Positions 7,844-16,524 are shown, numbered from the stretch's first letter. The stretch is 60,025 nt of DNA from an uncultured Gammaproteobacteria bacterium (GCA_964639335.1 CAZXCJ010000001.1:1-60025); one strand, 5' to 3'. Translations and numbers: made by a program. The notes: generated by a model from the letters alone, not told the origin.

Positions 7844-8284
7844 TTACTTAAATACGGATTTTTTTAATCTCTTAGTATAATTTTTTAGATAATATAATTT
7901 TGACTTCCTAGATTTTATTTTACCAACAACCTCTATTTTATCTATTAATGGAGAATTTATAGGAAATATCTTTTCTACTCCAATGCCACCTGATTCTTTT
8001 CTAACTGTAATAGTGGCCCCAACTTCTTGTCCGTGCTTACGAGCCAAAACAATGCCTTCAAAAACTTGGATTCTTTCTTTTTCTTCACCCTTAGTGTTTT
8101 TTTCTTTAATTTTTTGATAAACTTTAATAATTTGCCCTGGCTGAATATCCTTAAAATTGGCTTTTAAATCTTTTTTATCAATTTTTATGTCTTTTTTATC
8201 TTCTGATTTTTCAGATGTTTTGGCTTTTTGAACCTTTTCTTTCTCAAACTCTTTATTTATTGACTTATCTTCTTCTTTTTTCAT
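7844..8284 (-). CDS. rplS: 50S ribosomal protein L19 with a K/E-rich N-terminal extension
   Basis: IQPGQIIKV...[15 protein letters not shown]...ITVRK...[11 protein letters not shown]. The start was moved to the Met at 8284 because the upstream 50 codons of the ORF are hydrophobic junk. Confidence 0.9.
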   Translation of the reverse strand: MKKEEDKSINKEFEKEKVQKAKTSEKSEDKKDIKIDKKDLKANFKDIQPGQIIKVYQKIKEKNTKGEEKERIQVFEGIVLARKHGQEVGATITVRKESGGIGVEKIFPINSPLIDKIEVVGKIKSRKSKLYYLKNYTKRLKKSVFK

Positions 8285-8428
8285 AATATGTATAATGTTA
8301 TTATTTACAAGTAATAAAATACTAACTAAAAAATGGTCTAAAGTCAAGAGTTGCTTGTTTAAAGCTAAAATTAAAACTATAATAAAATAGTCAAAAACTT
8401 CTATTCTTAAAATAATAATAATAAAAAT

Positions 8429-9034
8429 ATGCAACCAAACGAAAAAGACAAAAAAATAATGAATTTCTTATTCGAAATAGGGACAATGAGAAAACTACCA
8501 AGAATGCATCAACAAACATTATTGTCTCAAGATTTATCAGACAATATTGCGACTCATTCTTATCGGGTTTCAATCATTGCTTGGTTTTTAGCCAAATTAG
8601 AAAAGATTAATCCCTATAAAACAGTAATGATGGCTTTATTACATGACATCAAAGAAGTAAGAAGTGGCGATCATAATTATGTACACAAAAAATATATTAA
8701 AGTATTTGATAAAGAAATTGCTAAAGATCAACTGGGCGAATTGCCCTTCAATGACTTATTTGAATTAAATGAAGAATTTGAAATACGAAAAAGCAAAGAA
8801 GCAATAATCGCTAAAGACGCTGACCTTCTTGACCAGATTCTTTTATTAAGAGAATATGCTCATCAAGGAAATAAAGAGGCAGAAATCTGGTTGAGCGGAA
8901 AAGGCAATTCTGAAAAAATAAATGCTCAATATAAAAACCTTAAAAGCAAATCAGCCAAAAAATTAGGTCAAGCAATTTTATCTGGAAAAATTTCCGAATG
9001 GTGGAAAAATATCTGGACAGCTAAAAACAGATAA
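8429..9034 (+). CDS. HD-domain phosphohydrolase (YfbR-like 5'-deoxynucleotidase family)
   Basis: HSYRVSIIA...[13 protein letters not shown]...KDADLLD. Confidence 0.7.
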   Translation: MQPNEKDKKIMNFLFEIGTMRKLPRMHQQTLLSQDLSDNIATHSYRVSIIAWFLAKLEKINPYKTVMMALLHDIKEVRSGDHNYVHKKYIKVFDKEIAKDQLGELPFNDLFELNEEFEIRKSKEAIIAKDADLLDQILLLREYAHQGNKEAEIWLSGKGNSEKINAQYKNLKSKSAKKLGQAILSGKISEWWKNIWTAKNR

Positions 9035-9095
9035 AAAATTAAATTAATAAAAAAGCCTCGTGCCAATACACGAGGTTTTATAGATTTTAAACATT

Positions 9096-9788
9096 TTATT
9101 CAGGGAGTGGGGGTGGTTGAAAAAAATCTTCAGAAATTTCAGTGATAATACATTTTGCATCACCAACTGATTCTCCTACTTGATATTTTCCAATCCAGAT
9201 GTTGCCTTCCTTTTTTTCAAAAGAATAAGCAATTACTCTCTCTTCCCCACTATAAACCTTATTAAAATCAATAGATTTGGAGCTAATCATCACATCCCAA
9301 ATTATTGATTCGCGATAAACAGTATTTCCCATAAATCCAAGTGTCCACTCCTCAATTACTCCTTTCATTAATCCCGATCTACTTTCTTTGTCTGAAAATA
9401 TAGTTCCTGAAAAAAAAGTACTCTTTTGGCCCTTAAAAAACCTTACTCCCTCTACTCCTTTTTCTGTCTTCATTGTCGTGCCTTCTTGGAAAAAAAGACC
9501 CTGAATCAAATAAATTCCTGATTGTGAAAATTCATTTGCCGGTTTTAAAAAATCCTCCACTCGCTTCTCAAAAATACTTCTGACAATCTCTTTAACTTCC
9601 TGAGAGGAAAGTTTTTTATCAAAACTAGATTCTGCCACTGGAAATTCTTTAATTTGATTTCCAGTACTGTCTATCTTATCGACTAACCACGAATTACCTT
9701 TTCCGTCATCAATTTCTCCAATTACAAAAACAACTTGTCCGTCTTTAGTTAACCAATATTCTCTTTGTTTAATTATCTTTTTTTTCAC
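9096..9788 (-). CDS. hypothetical protein
   Basis: 230-aa ORF with no recognisable motif. Confidence 0.4.
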   Translation of the reverse strand: MKKKIIKQREYWLTKDGQVVFVIGEIDDGKGNSWLVDKIDSTGNQIKEFPVAESSFDKKLSSQEVKEIVRSIFEKRVEDFLKPANEFSQSGIYLIQGLFFQEGTTMKTEKGVEGVRFFKGQKSTFFSGTIFSDKESRSGLMKGVIEEWTLGFMGNTVYRESIIWDVMISSKSIDFNKVYSGEERVIAYSFEKKEGNIWIGKYQVGESVGDAKCIITEISEDFFQPPPLPE

Positions 9789-9896
9789 TTGATCCTCCTG
9801 ATCATTATTTTTTCTTTATCTTAACTTATCACAAAAAACTTTTTTGTCAAACAAAAAATCTCTTTTGCAAAAGGGATTTTGAATTATTTAAATAAT

Positions 9897-10655
9897 CTAC
9901 CCCTTCTCTTTATAAATTTTCTGAGCTAATTCTAAATCTTCTAAAGTATTTACTCCCATAAACTCAAAGCCATCTTCAATTACTAAAGAATTTATTTTTA
10001 AACCTTGTTCGCTAGCTAACTTTACTAAATCTGTTAAATAATACTCGGCCTGGTAGTTATTATTATTTAATTTTTTCAAATTCTCCCATAGCCATTCATC
10101 TTGAACACAATAAATAGCTGGATTAAGCTCAGTAATTTTCTTTTCTGTTTCATCGGCATCTTTAAATTCCACAATTTTAATAATTTCATTATCCTTATTT
10201 CTAATAATCCGGCCAAAATGCCAATAACTTTGGTAATTGCCTTCAAAATTAGATAATTTTAAAGTAAGCATAGTTAAAACTGATTTTTTTTGCTGGTGTA
10301 AAGTAATAATATTTTTAATAGTGTGTGGAGAAATAAAAGGCATATCTCCATATAAAATTAAATGGTTTTTAAATTTTCTTTGTAAAAGTATTTGGCATTG
10401 TTGGACAGCGTGTCCAGTTCCCAATTGTTCTTTTTGCCAAACAAAATTATAATCTAATCCTAAAAGTTCAATTATTTCTTGACCTTTAAAGCCCACTACA
10501 ATAGAAACCGAATTCAAACATCCGGCTTGCTTTATGTTTTCCAAAAGATTTTCTATTACTGTCTGGCCGTCTAATTTTGTTAAAACCTTGGGATGATTTA
10601 CGTTCATCCTGATTCCTCTCCCACCGGCCAAAACAATAATGCTTAAATTATCCAT
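9897..10655 (-). CDS. sugar-phosphate nucleotidyltransferase (GlmU N-terminal-domain-like)
   Basis: IVLAGGRGIRM...PKVL...GTGHAV...LYGDMP. Confidence 0.8.
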   Translation of the reverse strand: MDNLSIIVLAGGRGIRMNVNHPKVLTKLDGQTVIENLLENIKQAGCLNSVSIVVGFKGQEIIELLGLDYNFVWQKEQLGTGHAVQQCQILLQRKFKNHLILYGDMPFISPHTIKNIITLHQQKKSVLTMLTLKLSNFEGNYQSYWHFGRIIRNKDNEIIKIVEFKDADETEKKITELNPAIYCVQDEWLWENLKKLNNNNYQAEYYLTDLVKLASEQGLKINSLVIEDGFEFMGVNTLEDLELAQKIYKEKG

Positions 10656-10659
10656 ATGC

Positions 10660-11697
10660 TTAATCTTGAACCTCGGTTACCAAAAATGACTGGGCAATAT
10701 TTTCATCAATTAATTCTTGCTCATATAATGTTTTAATGGCCTGGGTCATGGTTACCATGCCGGCATCAGCACTGGTTTGCATAACTGTATTTAATTGTGG
10801 AATTTTATTTTCTCTAATAATATTAGCTACTGCTGGAGTATTAATTAATATTTCTCTAGCTGCTATCATGCCACCACCTTTTTTAGGCAATAATTGCTGG
10901 GCAATGATTGCGTTTAAAACCATAGAAAATTGCATGCGTACCTGCCCTTGCTGATGAGGAGGAAAAACATCAACTATTCTATCCATGACTTGAGCGGCAT
11001 TAGGAGTATGCAGGGTAGCTAAAACCAAATGGCCTGTTTCTGCTAAAGTTAAGGTCAACGCAATGCTTTCTAAGTCCCTCATCTCTCCAACCATAATTAT
11101 ATCCGGATCTTGTCTTAAGACATGTTTTAAACCCGAGGCAAAAGTAACCATATCAGAATCTAATTGTCTCTGAATTATAATACTTTCGGCCTTGGGAAAT
11201 AAATATTCAATTGGATCTTCTAAGGTAATAATTACCAAATCTTCATTTTGGTTAATATAATTAATCATCGAAGCTAAAGTAGTAGACTTACCACAGCCGG
11301 TTGGCCCAGTAACTAAGATTAAGCCGCTTTTTTTACTAACCAATCTTTTAGCAATATCCCCTAATCCAATATCTTCTAAAGTAGGAATTTCTTCACTAAT
11401 AATTCGTGCCACTAAACTAATATTGTCTTTTTCCCAAAATAAATTAACTCTAAACCGGCCTATCCTCGCTATTTCATAAGAAAAATCTAAATCTTTTTCT
11501 TCTTGAAATTTCTTTCTTTGAGTTGCAGTAAGAATATTATCAATCATTTTTTTCAACTCATCATTACCTAAAATAGAAAATTTTTCTAAATGAGTTATGG
11601 CTGTGTTTATTCTTAAAATTGGTTTATGGCCAACAACCAAATGCAAATCTGAGGCCTTTTTGTCTACAGATATTTTTAAAAGCTTGTTTAAATCCAT
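10660..11697 (-). CDS. pilT: type IV pilus retraction ATPase PilT
   Basis: Walker A GPTGCGKSTT, Asp box, Walker B, His box; about 345 aa, typical of PilT. Confidence 0.9.
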   Translation of the reverse strand: MDLNKLLKISVDKKASDLHLVVGHKPILRINTAITHLEKFSILGNDELKKMIDNILTATQRKKFQEEKDLDFSYEIARIGRFRVNLFWEKDNISLVARIISEEIPTLEDIGLGDIAKRLVSKKSGLILVTGPTGCGKSTTLASMINYINQNEDLVIITLEDPIEYLFPKAESIIIQRQLDSDMVTFASGLKHVLRQDPDIIMVGEMRDLESIALTLTLAETGHLVLATLHTPNAAQVMDRIVDVFPPHQQGQVRMQFSMVLNAIIAQQLLPKKGGGMIAAREILINTPAVANIIRENKIPQLNTVMQTSADAGMVTMTQAIKTLYEQELIDENIAQSFLVTEVQD

Positions 11698-11717
11698 AAG
11701 ATTTAGTTAAAAATTTA

Positions 11718-11759
11718 CCATCGTGAAATAGTATCACTTTGTGATAATTTCACAGGGTG
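11718..11759 (-). promoter_or_regulatory. conserved 5'-leader hairpin upstream of pilT
   Basis: Minus strand reads caccctgtgaaat-tatcac-aaa-gtgata-ct-atttcac. It is a paralogue of 37166-37204 with a compensatory inner-stem change. Confidence 0.5.
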
Positions 11760-11917
11760 AAAAGGTAAAAGTAAAAATTACAATTACAATTTTAAATTTC
11801 TAGTTTTAATTTTTTAATTTATTTCTATACTAATAATACTAATTATATCAACTTTATACAACTTAATTTAAAATTAAATAATTAACAATTCATTTATGGG
11901 TATTTACCCATAACTAT

Positions 11918-12733
11918 CTATCCTTTTTTCTTGTCTATTAAAAATTTAACAATAGAAACTGTAGATTTGTGTTTTTGAGGTGGGTACCAATCTTGAAATT
12001 TTATTAAAGGATATTGTTTGTGCTTATTAAAAATATATTTTTCATTTTTATTCCAACCCTGAATTACTTTTTGTGGTTGAGAAAAATCTATATTCTGTTC
12101 GTAATCAATTAAAGTTCTATTTAAATATAAAAAGCCTTGAGGATATTTTTTGGAAATCCTTAAAGTAAGTTCCCAATCCTCCCAAAAATCCATTTTTTCG
12201 TCCCAATTTCCGACTTTTTTAATAATATCTTTCTTATGAACCAAAGTATTTGTATCAATTAAAATCTTACGTTGCCATAACCTCTTTAAATCAAAATATT
12301 TCCCGTGATTAGTAATTTCATCTCTGAGAACTTTTTTCTGACCATTTTTTCGGATAATATTTAAACGATAATTTTTCTTAGCAAAAACAACGACCTTATT
12401 AGGAAATTTTTGAAAGGCCTTTAAATAGGATTCTAAAAAATCCCTATACCATTCATTATCACTGTCTAAATAGGCAATATACTTGCCGTGGGCCCTTTTT
12501 AAAGCATAATTACGGGCATAAGAAACGCCTTGATTCTTTTTTAATTGGAAATACTTAATGCGTGGATCAGTGTAAATATTGATTAATTCCTTAGTTTTAT
12601 CATTAGATGCATCATCTATAATAATTAACTCAAAAAAAGGATAGGTTTGATTTAAAACCGAATTAATGGCTCGCCATAAAAAATGACATCTATTATAAGT
12701 AGGTATTATTACGGAAAATAGAGGATCTTTCAT
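11918..12733 (-). CDS. family 2 glycosyltransferase
   Basis: FSVIIPTYNR...IIDDASND...DSDN. Confidence 0.85.
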   Translation of the reverse strand: MKDPLFSVIIPTYNRCHFLWRAINSVLNQTYPFFELIIIDDASNDKTKELINIYTDPRIKYFQLKKNQGVSYARNYALKRAHGKYIAYLDSDNEWYRDFLESYLKAFQKFPNKVVVFAKKNYRLNIIRKNGQKKVLRDEITNHGKYFDLKRLWQRKILIDTNTLVHKKDIIKKVGNWDEKMDFWEDWELTLRISKKYPQGFLYLNRTLIDYEQNIDFSQPQKVIQGWNKNEKYIFNKHKQYPLIKFQDWYPPQKHKSTVSIVKFLIDKKKG

Positions 12734-12785
12734 AAAATTGGCTATTTATAAACAAATTATACAAAAATTTACACTTTTTGACAAG

Positions 12786-13043
12786 TTTTTCCACAGGTTT
12801 ATACACAAGTTGGGGATAACTTGACAATTTTTTCTAAATTTATTAAAATTTTATTGAAAATTAATAAAAATTAAAACTTTTTCAATTAAAAATTACTTAT
12901 TTATAACACAAAATTACTAAAAAAGTCAATTTTTTTGACAAAATAAACAAAAAATTACATTTTTTATACCTGTTTATCCACAAAATTATCCCCAGCTATA
13001 CCCATATTAAATAAATAACACTCCTAAATTATTCCTTATCCAC
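12786..13043. promoter_or_regulatory. DnaA-box cluster flanking an AT-rich tract (oriC-like)
   Basis: Perfect ttatccaca at 12974-12982; one-mismatch boxes at 12786, 12798, 12810 (rc), 12986 and 13035; a tract of about 150 bp that is almost pure A/T at 12830-12960. Confidence 0.5.
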
Positions 13044-13066
13044 TCGCATAAAACCATCGTTCATAA

Positions 13067-13084
13067 ATTGTTCCACGTGGAACA
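13067..13084. repeat. 18-bp perfect palindrome ttgttccacgtggaacaa (copy 1)
   Basis: Exact palindrome with aaa/ttt flanks. Confidence 0.8.
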
Positions 13085-13161
13085 ATTTCATTATAAAACC
13101 CCTTAAATAAGCTATTAAATCATAATTTATAATTGAAAATTTATAATTGAAAATTGAATTA

Positions 13162-13187
13162 TGGTGTCCCAACCAGGACTTGAATCC
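13162..13187 (-). pseudogene. orphan tRNA 3'-end fragment (T-loop, acceptor, CCA)
   Basis: rc reads ggattcaagtcctggttgggacacca. It shares ttcaagtcct and the terminal acca with the tRNA-Leu 3' end. No matching 5' half is present. Confidence 0.4.
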
Positions 13188-13225
13188 CATTATACAGCGG
13201 AACAGGCCTGAATCTAATACTAAAA

Positions 13226-13300
13226 TGGTACCCTCGACAGGAATCGAACCCGTATCTTATCCTTAGGACGGATTTGTTCTATCCATTGAACTACGAGGGC
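13226..13300 (-). tRNA. tRNA-Arg (anticodon CCU), CCA encoded
   Basis: Acceptor gccctcg/cgagggt (G1-U72), anticodon loop gtCCTaa, T-loop ttcgatt. Confidence 0.8.
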
Positions 13301-13356
13301 ATAAAATTATATTTTTAAAAAGTAAAATCCTTTATCCAAGGCGAAAGGTTACATAA

Positions 13357-13374
13357 TTGTTCCACGTGGAACAA
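13357..13374. repeat. 18-bp palindrome ttgttccacgtggaacaa (copy 2)
   Basis: Exact copy. Confidence 0.8.
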
Positions 13375-13496
13375 TTGTAAATAAACAGTAGGGGCGTAAA
13401 CTATTCGTTAAGTAGTATTGTAAATAGCGCTGGTGGCAGCGCCATGAACTTGAATCAAGGAATAAACCTTAGCTCATGACAAAGACAAATAGTTCA

Positions 13497-13570
13497 TGGA
13501 GCGGGATACGAGAATCGAACTCGCGTTTATAGCTTGGGAAGCTAGCGTATTGCCACTATACTAATCCCGC
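13497..13570 (-). tRNA. tRNA-Gly (anticodon CCC), CCA encoded
   Basis: Acceptor gcgggat/atcccgc, anticodon loop ttCCCaa, T-loop ttcgatt. Confidence 0.9.
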
Positions 13571-13680
13571 TTATTCCTCCACTTTCTTCAAAAAGTGGAG
13601 GACAATTAACAATTTACAATTTACAATTTTAAATTATAAAAAAAATTAAAGTGCTTTATCTAAGCCAAAAAACACTTGAA

Positions 13681-13698
13681 TTGTTCCACGTGGAACAA
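13681..13698. repeat. 18-bp palindrome ttgttccacgtggaacaa (copy 3)
   Basis: Exact copy, 3 nt beyond the stop of the 13702 gene. Confidence 0.8.
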
Positions 13699-13701
13699 TT
13701 T

Positions 13702-14079
13702 TTATTCTGATTTATTTAACATCTTAAATGGTTTGCCCTTCTTCCAATATACTTCAAAATTAGCTAAGTCTTTAATTAATTTATTAAAATCACCATTAAA
13801 ACAAATAGCTCTGTCATCAATATAAACAGGTACTTTAACTTTATTATTCGTTATTTTTGACGGTAATGGCAAATTATTATCTTTAAACCATTTTTTTATT
13901 AAACTAATTGGTTTTCTTGTTGTTAATACTATAATTTCTATATTTGCCTTTTCTAACTTATACAAAAAATTTCTAATGCCAGATTTTGGAGATCCAAGCC
14001 ATTTTTCTCCTTTCCAACCAGTATAATTGTTAAAAATACCATCAAAATCAATGCTTATTTTTTTATTTTTTATACCCAT
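13702..14079 (-). CDS. HAD-superfamily phosphatase (deoxyribonucleotidase / 3'-phosphatase-like)
   Basis: IDFDG (DxD), LTTR and YIDDRA motifs in about 125 aa. Confidence 0.5.
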   Translation of the reverse strand: MGIKNKKISIDFDGIFNNYTGWKGEKWLGSPKSGIRNFLYKLEKANIEIIVLTTRKPISLIKKWFKDNNLPLPSKITNNKVKVPVYIDDRAICFNGDFNKLIKDLANFEVYWKKGKPFKMLNKSE

Positions 14080-14152
14080 AAACTCTTTGTTTATTTACCC
14101 ATTTTTTTAGACTTTCATCAAAAGATTAGCTAGTTTAAGCTAAAAACTAACC

Positions 14153-14215
14153 AAATTGTTCCACGTGGAACATTATAAAATCAACAGCTTCGCATAGGCA
14201 GGCGTGGAACAATTT
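14153..14215. repeat. 63-nt composite repeat: the palindrome split by a ~30-nt insert (the 9-nt right arm cgtggaaca is present on both sides of it)
   Basis: aaattgttccacgtggaaca-ttataaaatcaacagcttcgcataggcagg-cgtggaacaattt; near-identical to 15283-15345. Confidence 0.75.
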
Positions 14216-14216
14216 A

Positions 14217-14801
14217 CTAATCTAATTTATAACCTATTTCAAATAGCATTTCCATTATTTTTGCTAAAGGAATTCCTTGTAAAAGACTACTCCAACTCCC
14301 ATTGACCTCTTTTATAAAGGTAGAACTATAATGTCCTAAAGGATCATATCCAAGGGCATAAGTGTTATATTTGGAATCTTGCTCTAAATATTTATTTATT
14401 TCCTGCTTATTAATATTTCTCATAAGAACCTCTGTTTTTACAAAATCTGAAATATGCTTATTTTCTACTAAATTAAGCATATAAATACCTGTATAAAAAG
14501 AATATTTATTGTTTGATAAAAATTTTAATCTATTAATGGCTTCTTTTTTATTTTTAGGTTTTTCTAAAATTTTTCCTTGAAAATAACCAACAGAATCAAA
14601 TCCAATAATAATACCCTTAGAATGATTTTTAGCTACTGCCTCAGCCTTTAATTTTGATAGATATTTTACTAATTCTTCCGGTTTTCCCGGTCTTTCTGCT
14701 CCATATTCATCGACATTACTCGATTCAGCAATAAAATCTAAACCGAGTCTTTTAAAAGTCTCTTGTCTATAAGGAGAACTTGTAGCTAGTATAATTTTCA
14801 T
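14217..14801 (-). CDS. maf: Maf-like nucleoside-triphosphate pyrophosphatase
   Basis: IILATSSPYRQE...ESSNVDE...IIGFDSV...ILEKP. Confidence 0.85.
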   Translation of the reverse strand: MKIILATSSPYRQETFKRLGLDFIAESSNVDEYGAERPGKPEELVKYLSKLKAEAVAKNHSKGIIIGFDSVGYFQGKILEKPKNKKEAINRLKFLSNNKYSFYTGIYMLNLVENKHISDFVKTEVLMRNINKQEINKYLEQDSKYNTYALGYDPLGHYSSTFIKEVNGSWSSLLQGIPLAKIMEMLFEIGYKLD

Positions 14802-14807
14802 ATAAAA

Positions 14808-15233
14808 TTAATTTATTTTAGTTAAATCACCATTAAGCACCATGGGGTTGGCCAATTTTATTTCTAAAACATACTTTAAATCCTTTTCACTAGGTAAATC
14901 ATATAATAAAAAAATCTTTTTGTCTAAGTGTCTAGCTACAGCGATTTCCATTAAAGTAGCACCGCCAACATAGCCATTAATGCCACTCTTAGGGTAATTC
15001 AGTACCAAAACAGCTTCACTATCAGCTACCATATTAAAATGCTCTTTGTCTATATCTATACCAGAGCCACTAAAATTCTGACAATGTTCTAAAGATTCGT
15101 TCAATTTTGGATTTTTAATACATTCCTGAGTATCATTAGGTATTAAAACTTCATGTTTTAATATTTCCAATTCTTTCTTTATTTCCAACATTTTCTGAGC
15201 AAAATACATGCTCCCACAAATCACAATTTTCAT
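14808..15233 (-). CDS. nucleoside 2-deoxyribosyltransferase-like protein
   Basis: MKIVICGSM...SEAVLVLN...GGATLMEIAVA...KIFLL pattern of the NDT/Rcl fold. Confidence 0.5.
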   Translation of the reverse strand: MKIVICGSMYFAQKMLEIKKELEILKHEVLIPNDTQECIKNPKLNESLEHCQNFSGSGIDIDKEHFNMVADSEAVLVLNYPKSGINGYVGGATLMEIAVARHLDKKIFLLYDLPSEKDLKYVLEIKLANPMVLNGDLTKIN

Positions 15234-15282
15234 AAAATTAAAATTATATACTATAATGTATTATTTAAGCCAAGAACTACCT

Positions 15283-15345
15283 AAATTGTTCCACGTGGAA
15301 CATTATAAAATCAACGTCTTCGCGCAGGCAGGCGTGGAACAATTT
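15283..15345. repeat. 63-nt composite repeat (second copy)
   Basis: Differs from 14153-14215 at four positions inside the insert. Confidence 0.75.
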
Positions 15346-15380
15346 TTATATAATAAACTTTAAAAAACTTTAAAACAAAA

Positions 15381-16343
15381 TTATTTTAAAGAATCTAAAT
15401 ATTTTTGAGCATCTAAAGCTGCCATACACCCTGTTCCAGCGGAAATTATGGCTTGTTGATATTTAGAATCCATCACATCTCCACAAGCGAAAACTCCATT
15501 TTGAGAGGTTTTAGTGGTCCATGGCTCTATAATTTTAATATAGCCTTTATCATCTAATTCTATTTGTTCTTTAAATAACTCTGTATTAGGAATATGGCCA
15601 ATCGCTAAAAACACTCCATCTACTGCCTGTTCTTCTGTTTTGTTGGTCTGATTATTAAATAATTCTACTTTTTCTAATTTCTCATCGCCTAAAAACCTCT
15701 TAATTTCTGTAAAGCTAATTATTTCTATATTTTTGTTGTTTAAAACTTGCTCAATACGAACTTTTTCACCATTTAATTTATCACCTCTATTCACAAGTTG
15801 AACTTTTGAAGTAAATTTAGTTAAAAATAACGCATCTACCAAAGCTGTATTACCTGATCCCAATACAATTACTTTTTTATCTTTAAATAAAGCGCCGTCG
15901 CATGTTGCGCAAACTGCCACTCCTTTTCCCCAAAATTTTTCCTCACCTTCTATGTTTAATTTTCTGGGGTTTGTGCCCGTAGATACTATCAATGCCTGAG
16001 TTAAATACTCTTGTTTTTCTCCTTGAATTTTAATCTCATTATCATGGATATCCACATTTTTTGCGACGTCGCTTTCAATCCGACAGCCATACTTTTTTGC
16101 TTGTTCTCTCATCTTCATCATTAATTCAAAACCCTCAATGCCATCTGGAAAACCCGGATAATTTTCTACAATAGTAGTGGTAGTTAACCAGCCACCCGGC
16201 TGAGGGCCCTCTAATAATAAAGGTTCAAATCCGGCTCGAGCTAAATAAAGCCCAGCAGTTAGACCAGACGGGCCAGAACCTAAAATTATAACTTTTTCTT
16301 TATTCAACCCGTTAGATATTTTTTGTTTTATTTTGTCCGTCAT
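15381..16343 (-). CDS. trxB: thioredoxin-disulfide reductase
   Basis: GSGPSGLTAGLYLARAG, redox-active CATCDG, second dinucleotide-binding GSGNTA. Confidence 0.92.
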   Translation of the reverse strand: MTDKIKQKISNGLNKEKVIILGSGPSGLTAGLYLARAGFEPLLLEGPQPGGWLTTTTIVENYPGFPDGIEGFELMMKMREQAKKYGCRIESDVAKNVDIHDNEIKIQGEKQEYLTQALIVSTGTNPRKLNIEGEEKFWGKGVAVCATCDGALFKDKKVIVLGSGNTALVDALFLTKFTSKVQLVNRGDKLNGEKVRIEQVLNNKNIEIISFTEIKRFLGDEKLEKVELFNNQTNKTEEQAVDGVFLAIGHIPNTELFKEQIELDDKGYIKIIEPWTTKTSQNGVFACGDVMDSKYQQAIISAGTGCMAALDAQKYLDSLK

Positions 16344-16524
16344 ATTTTTATACCTTATTATTATAATAATTTAGTCCCGCAAAATAATTAAATTATCTAA
16401 CGGGTTTCATATTATTAGATATTATTTGTTAATCCATAATAAAAATACACATTATATACCATTTTAGACCCATCAAATATTAAAAAATGATTAAAATATC
16501 TCACGGGATTCATATATAAATTAA

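Noticed and set aside
8285-8434. 50-codon N-terminal extension of the L19 ORF
   Set aside because: It is hydrophobic, low-complexity I/L-rich sequence typical of AT-rich non-coding DNA. The conserved L19 sequence begins after the internal Met at 8284.
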